This document shows, in pieces, positions 12,901 through 23,952 of a stretch of DNA of 54,876 nt (its first letter is position 1; the number at the start of each line of letters is the position of its first letter). A program made the position numbers and the translations under genes. The notes under the pieces were generated by a model. The model was not told the DNA's origin and searched no databases. It saw only the letters and a program-made list of their open reading frames with translations. This stretch comes from Stylophora pistillata. Lineage: Eukaryota. Where the stretch lies: NCBI RefSeq assembly GCF_002571385.2, contig NW_019217849.1, positions 41,474 to 96,349 on the forward strand, in the 5' to 3' direction.

Positions 12901-15836
12901 TAATCTCTTAAGCTTTGTTCCATGCAGAACCTTCACTCGTGAATGAAGCATTTTTAGCTGTTTTCTGAGAGCTTCAAGGGTGACAGGATTTTCTATAATG
13001 AATCCCATGTCCTTTGAACCATACAAATCCCTAGAGCCTGGTTCAAATGTGATGTGTGCATCACTGCAAGCATCCCAAACCTAAACAAAACAACAACAAA
13101 CAGGGCTCGACACTAACTTTTCAACTTGGGTACTGGCCAAGTGGCTGGTAACATCATAGATGTTACACCATTTTCAGTTTATTTACTAGCCAAACTGGTG
13201 GGTGAAAATTGAAAAGCACCAGCCAAAACCAAATTTCTGTGGCTAGTTGGCTACCATCAGTGTTGAGCCCTGAACAAAGAACACCATAACCCTGACTAAA
13301 TTCCCTCCTGAGGCCTCACTCTCTGAGTTTCTGCATTTGAAATGAGAATTTTGAGTTACATCTAACTAAACAGCTTAGTTGATTATTTTCCTTTTTTCTC
13401 ACTACCTTTCTGCTTGAAAACACATTAATAGCGGGACTCCCACGCACACTTTGCGCACGTGGGGCAGAGCCCCATACCCATGGAATATGGTCAACCTCTT
13501 TTCGTTTGGTTGTCACGCGACTGACCGAGCTTACGTACATATGTGCCTTCAGATTGCACGGGTAGGGTAGAGGAGACTATCAAAACGAAGGGAGGGGTGT
13601 CTCAGGTGAGTCTTGGCAAATGCACATCTTTTATGTTATCATTAATATTACGAACTTGGGAGCTCCACTTTTAGGCTCGGCTAAATCTATATATTACTGT
13701 TATGAGAAATTCCTCTTCAGACACTCCTGGGATTAAAAGGGTCAGTGGTTAGAAAAAAAGACACACAACTCATTTAACCCTTTAACTCCCAGAAGTGATT
13801 AACTTGTAACTTCTCCCTATAATATCCATACATCATCCAGTAAACAGGTAATGAGAATACTCAAACTCATCAGGTAGAAGTTGTTACCTTGATTGAACAC
13901 CAAATTCTCATAACCAATTTGCAAGGAAATGTGTAGCAGCTAGAGGGGAGAATTTATAATCAGATCTTGGAAATTAAAGGGGTTAAGGGGAGAAATAGTA
14001 CCACAGCAACCTTGCATAATGTTGTTACCTTTTGTTGAACATTTATATTTAAAAAAAAGGGGGGGAATTTCTTGTTCTAGTGTTGGGAGGCCTGTGCCTC
14101 CAATAAGGCACAGCGGGCAAAAAAATAAAACACATGGAATGTATGAGTCAGACATGCTTGTTGTTGTTTGTAGTTTTTCATTTTAACCTTACTGTGGATT
14201 CCTAAAGCTCGTACATATTCGAATCATAAACTGATCTCGATTGTTTTGAGCTTAGAAATAAATAGTGAATTAGTGACTAAACATGAGATAAAATTTGAAA
14301 AGCAATAATTATAATTTAATTACTTACTTGCATCCTTCTGAAGGGTTTGTATCGCATTTCACAAATATGATCCCAAGCACCAATACCTTGCAACAGAAAT
14401 AATTTTTACTCAACTTAAACGGATCTTTGTATTTACGAATGAGAAATCTGATCATGCATGAAAATACTTGTTTGCAGATCATGGTATTGGGATTTTAAGC
14501 ACAACAGCTCTCTTGTTTCCCAAGATAAATCTTAAAGAAATTGTCAGTAAACTTGAAAATCAAATAGGAAAGGGGATTTCAACCTGAAAAAAATTATACC
14601 CATGGAGAGATTATAAAAATAAATTTTCAACACACCAGCAAAGTACTACTGGTGATAGCACGCCAGAGCTTTTTACCCTTTTTAACATGGGTAACTAGCA
14701 TCTAATTTCTTCTTACATTACCATCCATGAATCAAATTTTACAGTCATAAGAGCAAAGGAAATGATCACCAACTAAAAAATTTCTTGATTTTTAAACAAA
14801 TTCTCCTTGTCAGCACCTTAATAAATGTGTCGCTGATGTTAGGGTGCATGTGTAAGGGTTACATCTATATCCTAGGCTATAAATATATCTTATTAACCAA
14901 GCGTGAGGGCCGTACTGGGAGAACATCGACCCGAGGTCTTGACAATACGGACCGAGCGCAGCGAGGTTCGTACAGAAAAGACTGAGGGCCGATATTCTTC
15001 CAGTACGGTCCCAAGAAAGCTTGGTTAATAAGAGATTTATTATATGACTGAAGTTCAAAGGGACACGAGTGCGGTATCATTCGGGACAGTGCCCGGTCCA
15101 ATACTTAGAGAATATTGGACCGGCAATAGAGCATTTTGATTGGTTGATTTTAGTTATTGGCCCTCTGACTACCCAAGTCATGTAATAAAACTATATAATC
15201 AAAAGGAACTCACTTTCCAGAAGCTTTTTGGAACCAGGTGTGATGTTGCTAACACGGTTGCTGTATACTGAGGTGATCTCTTGAGGTCTGTCAGGTGCTG
15301 CTTCCAGTAAAAGAATCTTGTGATCATCCAAGGATTTCTCCAGTCCTTAAGGAGAAAAACACCCATGTGACTTACAGAACTACTAAAAGAGTGTTTGTAT
15401 GCAGTAGTTGAATCGTTGGAAGTATTCAACCTCTCGGAAATACTCCATAAATTTCCTAGGGGGGGAGGGGAAGTGTCTCTAGCCGTTTGTTGATAAAAAA
15501 AAACCCCAGAGTTTTGTGCACTACGGTTTACCAATAGTGTGCAGATCCTCCTAATGTCTCCCACAGACCTCTTAATACTGAAGAGGCAGAGATGAAAGTT
15601 CATAGTTGAAAAGACTGTAGAGTAAACAATTATATATCCCCCCCCCCGGCCCAACCCGACAAGACGTCAACTTTCTCACCTAGAGCACAGGCCAAACTTG
15701 AGCCGACCATTCCACCACCGATGATGGTAACATCATAGAAATCATGTGCATCTTTACTAGCAGCTAAACATAAATAACACACTCTAAGCTTCAAAAACTG
15801 TTTACAGATCAATGATTTTCTCACAGCTGAAAACAT
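6943..15836 (-). CDS. COQ6: Ubiquinone biosynthesis monooxygenase COQ6, 476 codons in 13 exons: 15680-15836, 15214-15345, 14328-14386, 12874-13080, 12287-12361, 10931-11038, 10665-10727, 10220-10327, 9300-9384, 8346-8469, 8064-8179, 7264-7430, 6943-6972; in-frame TAG at 8396-8398
   Basis: Motifs [11 protein letters not shown] (FAD binding), [32 protein letters not shown] and [23 protein letters not shown] are present. All introns are GT-AG with consistent phase, and the N-terminus is basic like a mitochondrial presequence. Confidence 0.95.
7123..7221 (+). mobile_element. tRNA-derived SINE 5' head, truncated by an N gap
   Basis: A box TGGCGCAGTGG and B box GGTTCGATTCC are followed by non-tRNA sequence, with no 3' acceptor arm. 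Confidence 0.75.
8714..9127 (+). mobile_element. tRNA-derived SINE with Deu/Nin-like central domain and (AAATAC)n tail
   Basis: Has a tRNA-like head (TAACTCAATCGGTTAGAG...GGTTTGAGCCCC) and the central block GTCTTCTCGGATAAGGACGAATAAACC.TAGGTCCC. Homologous copies lie at 45983-46181 and 45715-45960. Confidence 0.75.
9822..9959. repeat. Imperfect ~135-bp palindrome of a non-autonomous DNA-element family
   Basis: TCTTATTAACC...GTTAATAAGA ends with internal inverted arms. The same architecture occurs at 14888-15033. Confidence 0.65.
11134..11760 (+). mobile_element. 5'-truncated non-LTR retrotransposon (CR1/L2 group) in a COQ6 intron, with 12-bp TSD
   Basis: ORF 11148-11579 resembles a post-RT C-terminus (SYKQLL...LPTL..RR...LMYK...[17 protein letters not shown]...SFK...C..C.LC). 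It ends in AATAAA plus an (ACT)n tail. TSD ACTACAATAACA lies at 11122-11133 and 11761-11772. Confidence 0.9.
12139..12277. mobile_element. Hairpin MITE with ~50-bp inverted arms and TA-rich flanks
   Basis: TGTTGTAGTTCAATTTTATCCTTG...AAATTTTATTTTCCTTTGTT pairs with AACAAAGGAAAATAAAATTT...CAAGGATAAAATTGAACTACAACA. Confidence 0.75.
13101..13272. mobile_element. MITE with CAGGGCTCGACACT TIRs (hAT-like ends)
   Basis: TIRs CAGGGCTCGACACTAAC / AGTGTTGAGCCCTG are flanked by AACAAA direct repeats. A second copy lies at 53911-54016 and a partial copy near 21835. Confidence 0.75.
13778..13982. mobile_element. piggyBac-like MITE (TTAA TSD, CCC...GGG ends)
   Basis: TTAA|CCCTTTAACTCCCAGAAGTGATT...GATCTTGGAAATTAAAGGGG|TTAA. 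Confidence 0.75.
14888..15033. repeat. Imperfect palindrome, same class as 9822-9959
   Basis: TCTTATTAACCAAGC...GCTTGGTTAATAAGA ends with internal inverted arms (GGGCCGTACTGGGAGAA / TTCTTCCAGTACGGTCC). Confidence 0.65.
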
Positions 15837-15949
15837 CGTGCAAAGCTGGCAGAAAAGATTACATAAGAAAGCGCATAGTGCTGCTGGCCAGGTAATTTTA
15901 GTCTTATGTCATGTATGCTCATCGAAATAACGCGCGTTTTTAATCAAAG
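15837..15949. promoter_or_regulatory. Putative compact bidirectional promoter, COQ6/COMMD1
   Basis: Only 113 bp separate the two divergent start codons. Confidence 0.7.
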
Positions 15950-17518
15950 ATGGCTTCAGCTGACAAGAATGTAGTAGGGTTACTGAATGGATTGGCACGA
16001 AGAGAATATTTCGGAGAATCGGAAATCACAGACGACTTTCTGCATCAAGAGCTCTTCCCTGATCTAGGAAGGGAGCAATTTGATGCAATGCTGTCAAGAT
16101 ACGACAATTTAATGCGAAATATCGTATCCGCGGACATGGATTTCAATCAACTCGAAGCTTTTCTGACATCTCAGACGAAACGAAAACAAGGCTCGCTAAC
16201 CCAGGAACAGGCTGCAGCGTTTTTGAAGTTCTGGAAATCTCAAAAGGTGAAAATCCACGATGTCTTAGTCCAGAGATCGTCTTGGAATAACAGATTGAAG
16301 GACATCAGCTGGAGGATTGATCTGAAGAGCCAAGGGAGACACCTTCAACAGATCAACACACCTGTAGCTATCGTGGAGATGCAGGTAGAGAAACGATCAT
16401 CTGAGAATAAGGTAGGGTTTTTCGTCACTTTCCCTTGTTAAGTTATACTTATTTTTTTACCATTGAAGGTTCTCCCACCAACCAATGCACGCCCCCCCCT
16501 CCCTCCTCGTGAAAATTTTACCCCACCAAATGCAGGGCTCTTAAGTTGATTTGTTGGCGAACAGTAAGATTTTTGATCACATAGCCTTTGATTGTGACAC
16601 TGTGGGTATCACCTTCCTGAGATGGGGGGGGGGGGGGAGGGGGGCATGCTCCCCTGGAAAATTTGGCAAAAATGAAGTAGCTAGGACATGCATTCTTATT
16701 CTGAGCAAGAATTTCCACCATTTGAAAGTGTCCAGAGCAAGCACAAAGGGAACAGGAAGTAAATTATATGCACTGGAAATAATGCAACACTCTTTGGAAT
16801 TTGGGGTTGCATGTCACATGTAGACCACATAATGCTTTAACGGCTTAATACAATAATAATAATAATAATAATAATAAATGTATATCGATTTCTATAGTGC
16901 ATTTCCATGGAATGCTCTAATGCGCTTTACAACACTGTGCGGGGGACTTTTCCAGACTGCCGGCAGCAGTTTACAATAACTAAATAAATTTTACAGATGC
17001 CCCCTCCCTCCCATTCCCAGTAAACAGGCTAGACAACATCACAGTAATCTCGTGATGTAGGTTGTTTAACGTCCCCTGCTGAAATTAACTAATTGATAGA
17101 TGCAGGGGACGGGGCCTCCAGCTTTACATCCTATCCGGGAAGACGAAGCAATGTGAGTGAAGCGTCTTGCTTAAGGACACAATGTCAAGCCCTGGCAAGG
17201 GCTTGAACCTGAGCCATCTGACCCAGAGTCCAGTGCACTGACCACTGGACTATTCACGCCTCACAATAGTCTCTCTGTGGCTCAGTGGTAGAGCAGTGGA
17301 GTGCAGAATCCGAGGCTCACTGAGACTTAAACTTTTTGCCTTGTTGCATGATCATGACAAGATGAAAATGTCTTACTCCTTGCTGCCGTACCAGTGATAT
17401 ACATTTTTTTTTTCAGGAAACAGATGTTTTCCAGTTTGAAATGGATGAATCCCAGCTCTCAAATATTCTCTCAAGTATTGATGAAATTGAAAAGAAACTG
17501 ACAAGTTATGCCCAATGA
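15950..17518 (+). CDS. COMMD1: COMM domain-containing protein 1, 187 aa; exons 15950-16411, 17417-17518
   Basis: COMMD1 signatures GLLNGLA, SADMDFNQLEAFLTSQTKRK and WNNRLKDISWRIDLKSQGRH...TPVAIVE are present. The phase-0 GT-AG intron joins to ETDVFQFEMDE. Confidence 0.95.
16853..17263 (-). mobile_element. Full-length tRNA-derived SINE with L2-like 3' tail and (TAT)n end
   Basis: The minus strand shows a tRNA-like head (AGTCCAGTGGTCAG...GGTTCAAGCCC), the conserved GTGTCCTTAAGCAAGACGCTT block, and a tail shared with 2900-3065. Confidence 0.75.
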
Positions 17519-19055
17519 GTTTCACATCTCTCTCTCTCAATAAAAGGGTAGTGATACTGATATATATTGACTCACCACGAAACAAAAAGTTCTTCAGGAA
17601 TGATGAATTGTAAAAGTCTCTGAATGATTACATAGTTAGATAGCTGTATTATGTGAAAATTACACTGTAGTTGAGAAATGAAGAGTAATCAAGTTGATAT
17701 AGTTTTTTAGTAGTATTCATCAATTGCATGGAAAAAAATTCCATGTCTCAATCAATATTGTGATAATAAAATGTTTTCTCTTCTCATGTGGTGTCCCAGC
17801 ACACTCACTCAGAGGAGAAATATGCTCCATGAAGCTACACTCTTTTTTCTGATTTAAACCTCCCTTCCTTCCTTCCTTCCTTCCTTTTCTGGCTGTGTAA
17901 TTAACTCTGCTCATTACATCCCCTGACCTACATCTGCCTTGTTTTTCACTCGGTGGTTACTGTTGCACTGTGTACCATTTTGCATGGATTAAGCACAGTT
18001 TTTCTTACTGAATGCATGGAAGAGGCTCCTAATTCACTCCCCTCACATGTGCATAGAATTAAGTACAAAACAAGGTTGGATGGTAAAGGAGAGGACTGCT
18101 GAAGTTACTGGTGAATTTAGTTAGAATTTTGTAGGAGACTGTTGTAGTTTTTTTCTTTTATTGAACCTGTGCCACAATTAAATACTTCAACTTACAAAAA
18201 TAAATTAGAAATACCAGAAGCAATTGAGTTTTAAGTAGGGCTTCATGTAACGACAAGTCACCATGTCAACTCATGAAAGTGGTGTATCAGCATTCCCTGA
18301 ATTCATTTATTAATGGCATAACATTAGGTTTTCAAAGATATGAAGTAAAGGATAAATACAGTAAACTTAAATACAGGTATTCTAATTTTGAGTTATGTTA
18401 AAAAAAATAATAAGAATAAAACTTGAAATGGTGTTACAGCAGCAACTACAAGTCTCAAACAATAATAATAATAATAATAGTAATATTAACTTAAACATTT
18501 ATACAGGGTTGCTGCATCAGTTTTATAAAATAACTGCTATCAATGTAGGTCCTACAATTTGATTAGTAGTTTACAGTGGAAATACATTTATAAATATATC
18601 CCATGCAATAAAGATAACAATACAATAGTTATCAAACAAATAACGTTGAAAAAAAAAATAACGAAAGCTTTTGATAAAAAACTGCTGTTGAAATGAACAA
18701 TCTTCACAGCTTCATTAAATTTATGCTTTTCTAATCTAATAAAAAATTCACAAATAAACCACTTTTCAAATGACTCTTAACAACAGGCAATACCAACTGC
18801 AAGTAAATGGCTACCAAAGTTTTATTTGTCGGAAATATAACCTTACAGCAAGTATTCAAGACTCCAAGACATATCAGAGCACAAAATAACCCATTTGGCT
18901 GGTTATAACTACAAAATATTCTGACTACTAAAAAGTTCCAAAGACCCACATTTTTTTTGATGCCATTAATTGCTTATTGTTTATTAAGTTAAGAAAAGTT
19001 TGAGTCTATCAGGTGAAATTTCATTGACTGAATCTCTTTCTTTTACTGGAAGTGA

Positions 19056-22000
19056 TCAGTCTAAGTGGTGGGCGTATTGAATGACAGCATAGCTCCCTGA
19101 TGTCATCCATTCTTTATTAATAGCCTGCAGTTTGTCGTCTTGACCTGGAGACAATCCAACTTGAACATCAGCCTTCAGGGTTCTCAATGAACACAGAGGC
19201 GCTGGCAGAAACCCCCAGAGGGCGAGTGTAAAAGGAATTGTGTGATTCCATTTACGATCACCAACCAACTTGCGATAATTCAGGTCACCCTTGAAAAATA
19301 CAATCTTTGCATTTGAAAGCTCTTCATACAAATCAGGGGCCACGTTTTTCATTTCACTAAAATCTTGGGCCTGTGTCCAAAATGAGTGGCTTTGAAGAAT
19401 GAATGTTCTATCTTGGAAGCGCTGAATCCAGAGCTCTCCAAGTTCTGATAAACACTTGTTTGAAGAACCTTTCATTTGTTGTGCCATCCACATGACATCT
19501 TTGTTGCTGGCATCAGAAACAAACCATGGAATTTGCTTTGTATGCAGGTGAATCTCTTTAGCCAAATTAGCATGCAGCAAAAATTCTGCAAAACATAGGT
19601 CTGTAAAAAGTTCAAAGCCTGAGTTGTCCAGGACAAAATCAATCCTGGGGTTTTCACTGCTCTGAATTGTGTTCCAGACATCCTGAGAATTGTCAACAAT
19701 AATGTTTTCTTTCATTCTTTGAAGATGAGCTGTCTGACCTGCTCCCTCCTCATGTGTGATTTCACCACTAGAGATAGAAAGGTCACAACGGTTTCCCCAC
19801 AAACAGAACTGCAAAGAAATATAGGACTTGATGCACATTAACAAAACCAAACTAATAAGTATTGCTGAACTACTGGGTATGATAAAACTTTGTGTATGGG
19901 AAATAACACGAGAAAGTGAAAATTGAAAACCTTAAAGAGAATTAGTGTCCTTCATTTCTTGAGAGCATTATAATTACACCAATGAGAATGTCACTAAACT
20001 TTGTACACTCAAGTCTGATTCAGACACTGTACTTCATGTGAACTAAAGAAAACTCCTTCACTAACTTTAATTTTAACTATCACATCTGAATAAAGTAGAA
20101 ATGGCTTATTTGGATCAGCTTAGAAGTTCTCCACATTCGGCTAAGCAAAGAATACTATGACTATTAGATTTATATTCCTAGCCAAATATATCAATATAGT
20201 TTTCATTAGCCAAGGNAAAGTTTTATTGCCCTTAAACACTACTCATGGAACATCGGTGTATCATGCTCTGTGAGAAGAAACATTCATGTCTGAATTAATT
20301 CAGCTTGTCGTGAATTCAATTGGAGTTATGTGAAGAACAAAAAATAAACAGGGATTTAAGTGTACTTGTTCTATTCTTGTCTCCAGCCAATATCCCAACC
20401 ATCCTTTCCTTTTCGTGCATATAAAATCATCATGCTCATGAACTAAAAAAACAGGCCTTTGATATGGCCTGCAACCATGTAAATTAATGACCTCACAAAC
20501 CTAAGTCTGAATTTAATGATCTACCCAAAGTTAGAAATTGTTAGCGTGTACCTGAAGCAGAGTATCAAACACATTTTTTACATTTCTTTTCTCTTCACCA
20601 TCACCACCAGAATTATGTATGGAGTGTTTGAGGAACTGAGCCAGGGAAATTGCTGAGTTCTGAAGTCCTTTAAAGGATTCTTCTTTCTGGTCTTGAAAGG
20701 GATCAAAGCACTTGTGCTGCTTGCTACCAAATAATATTAACAGTACTAAATTTAAATATTATATAAAATAAATAGTAATGTGTACTGAAAGTAAAGTTTT
20801 TGGGGTATTGTGAGAAGTGTCCAGAGTCATTTTCCTTTCAGTGGTTAGTAATGTTAGTATTATAAGGGTAGCAAAGAAAAGCAAAGCCCTGATCCTGTTT
20901 CACACAGAAATTCTACAAAAATTCATGTATCACATATACTTCAAACAGCATTTCAGGTATCATGAATCTGAAAGGGAAAACTTTAATTAAATATCTTTTC
21001 TAAGACTTGTGTGTGAGTTTTTTGGGAAATTTTGGAATTTCTTACTGTAAAATTCACACAACACAATATATCAATTTTGGCCTTAATCACATGTCACGGA
21101 TGAAGCCTTTCCCACCCTTTCCCACGGACAAAGCCTTTCCCATCCCACATCCTTCTCTTGGACACCTTCATCAATTCATTCACCTGATAGAAATAGTTTC
21201 ACCAAGGGGTGTTTCATCGACCTTCACCACGTTCTACCTACCTCAAAGCAAAGGCTTCATAGATCTTACGATACATATAGCACTCAACAATCAACCATGC
21301 TCCAGTGAAAGAAGTAATTTTGTTTTGATCAACCAGCGATTTACCCTTCTCAATGGTGTCATTCCAAATTTGCACATCTGGCCGATCATCTTCCATCTGG
21401 GTCAGTGGCTTATTAGTTTTCATCTCATATCTTAATTTAGAGAGTTTTGCTATCACTCCTTTACTGTCCTCAATTTTTTCCTGTTAAAATGACAAAGTGT
21501 TCAATATTTCATTGTTCATCTTTTAAATGAAAAATACTGCTATGAACGTTGCTTCTTTTTGTCCTTTGCATAAAATGTTAATAGTTTGCCAGTATTTCAG
21601 ACTAGTCTAAAATGGCAATAATTAGCAAGGAGGGCACAAATACATACATACATACATACATTTTATTGAAGCTCCCTTGACAGGGCTTTTCAGCCACAAT
21701 ATGCTAACTAAGACTGAATAATTAATAAGAAGAATGGAACTAAATTATTAACTAATTAAAATAACATAGAGACAAGATAAAAATCAGGCTAAAAGCATAT
21801 TGACAAGTCTCTTTAACCTCTATGAGTAACAGTACAGGGCGCGACACTAAAGATAGCCAACTACCAACAGACTAGTAGAAATTCAGTTTTGGCTAGTGGT
21901 TTTCAATTTCCACTAGCCAGTTTGGCTAGTAAACAAACTGAAATTGACAGTGGCTTTTAAATTCTCCATTAGTGTCACCCTTAAATTAAATGTGAATGTC

Positions 22001-23776
22001 ATGAAAATAAAGGAAATGATCACCAAATTAAGAAGCTTGTCAGAGTCAATCAATCTCTCTTTTCAGTATGAAAAGAAATATAAGGAGAACAATGTGGAGA
22101 ATGTAAAGGCCGATATGAGGGTGGACATGACAATTAAGCTGCTTTTTGTCATATACAGTGGAATCCCGATTTCTCAAACCCTCGGTTTCTCGAACCTCCC
22201 AATAACTCAAACCAAACCTTATTTCCCTTGGATTTACTTCACTTGTAATTTCACCCTTGATTTCTCAAACTCTTGATTTCTCGAACCAATTTGCGTTTCC
22301 CCTGGAGGTTCGAGAAATTGGGATTCCGCTGTATTGGTGAAAATGCCATGCAATTTTTTTTCTTGTTAAAATTTCCAAAAGAAACCATGGAGCTGGTCAT
22401 CCATACATGAAGGTCAAGTGGCTGGGACCTTGGACTCCAAATCGTTAAGTCGACAAGCCCTGGCTGAGTTATTGAACAGAACAATTTACTCTGTTTCACT
22501 ACTACTCATCCCTCAGTTATTCCACATTTGGTGGTATCAGCTTTGTATTAATTTTCCCACCTGTTGATTGGACTCCGACAATGCTGATGCTTGTCTATGC
22601 ACCAAGTCAATGACTTTGGTCAGAATTACTGGCAGTCTGTCTCGAATTGTAAGATAAGCAAATGATCTATACAACAAAATGATTAGTAAGAAAAAAAAAT
22701 CTTAAATTAGCACTGAAGAACAAGGAAAGAACATGGGTCCTGCAATGTCAAACAAAAGACAAATTCTTCTTGATGAGTCATTTATTGAATACCTGCCTAT
22801 TTTTATCTGCACAAACTGCTAATTAAAATCAAGAAATCCTACAGAGAAGTGTCACTGTTTGATTCATGTGTTTGCAAAACAAGATGACAACATGTGTGCC
22901 TCTCTTTAGAAGGTTCCTCTGACTATTTGAACAATTTCCAGCTCATTGATGACACCCAACCATCACTTCTTCAACTTAGTCCTAGTGATGGCGACCCCTA
23001 GTTTGTTTTAAAAAAAAAATCATTAAGAGCCTGTTCTTTAACTACTGCAAAAACCCCTAACTCAATACATTCCTTGCCAACACCTCCCACCCCATGTCTC
23101 CTGGTTGCTTGAAAAGAACCTCTTAAGCAAGCCGTGGTGTGTTGTAGCAAAGAGCAGTGTGGTAAAAATTGATTCACTGTAGCTCGAATTGTAGACTTAG
23201 CTTAATCTATGTATTATCAGTTTAATCATTTCGGCATCAACCACCCCCCCCCCAAAGATTAGAAGAGTAACCCTCTCCCTGCTCTTGTTCAGTCTCATGG
23301 TAGTTATTAGAGGGGGACTGGAGTCCCCCTAACCCCTAACTCAATACATTCCTTGCCAACACCTCCCACCCCATGTCTCCTGGTTGCTTGAAAAGAACCT
23401 CTTAAGCAAGCCGTGGTGTGTTGTAGCAAAGAGCAGTGTGGTAAAAATTAATTAGTGGTATAAATTGATTAGGGGGACTAGAGTCCCCCTCTAATAACTA
23501 TGCATGCTCTAATTTAATGACTTTGTTTAGAAAGCCAACCAATATACAGAGTTCACAAAGATACGAAAAATATTATTTTTATGAGACATTCAGGAGGTCG
23601 GAGAACATAATTTTTCTCCCTGTTCATTTTATCAAACTTTTTCAAGTGAGTTATTTTCATGACAATGATGGGCCGATTCCGTTCAAAGTACAAACCTAAA
23701 AATACGAGATTATTAAAACTACATACCCTTCGTCCTTTCCTGATAAAGGTTCTGGTCTCTCTCCACCTGCAGACAT
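19056..23776 (-). CDS. ARMT1: Damage-control phosphatase ARMT1 (C6orf211, DUF89), 439 aa; exons 23727-23776, 22561-22666, 21242-21480, 20552-20723, 19056-19808
   Basis: Motifs SFAYLTIRDRLPVILTKVID, WLIVECYMYRKI, LWGNRCDLS, IDFVLDNSGFELFTD, PWFVSD, FKGDLNYRKL and LRTLKAD are present. All introns are GT-AG and in frame. Confidence 0.95.
22156..22331. mobile_element. Tc1/mariner(pogo)-type MITE, TA TSD
   Basis: TA|CAGTGGAATCCCGATTTCTC...GAGAAATTGGGATTCCGCTG|TA. Confidence 0.75.
23301..23500. mobile_element. TIR element (TAG...CTA ends, 32-bp TIRs) containing a copy of 23052-23170
   Basis: TIRs at 23301-23332 and 23469-23500 match 30/32. The internal segment 23331-23449 is identical to 23052-23170. 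Confidence 0.7.
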
Positions 23777-23952
23777 GTTTTCAGTAACGAACTCTAATAT
23801 TGCAATATCCTCTGAAAAATTTCAAAGAAACCGTACACCAAAGTGGGTATGTGTCTCGCCACCTGATTTGTTCGCCGGTTGACGGTTTACGGCTGGGAAG
23901 GAATTAGTTCCCAGTCGGTTTCGGTCGTAAGAATTCAATATGGCCGATTGAA
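23777..23952. promoter_or_regulatory. Putative bidirectional promoter, ARMT1/NAA80
   Basis: 176 bp separate the divergent ATGs. The interval is CpG-rich and has a YY1-like AATATGGCCG near 23937. Confidence 0.65.
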
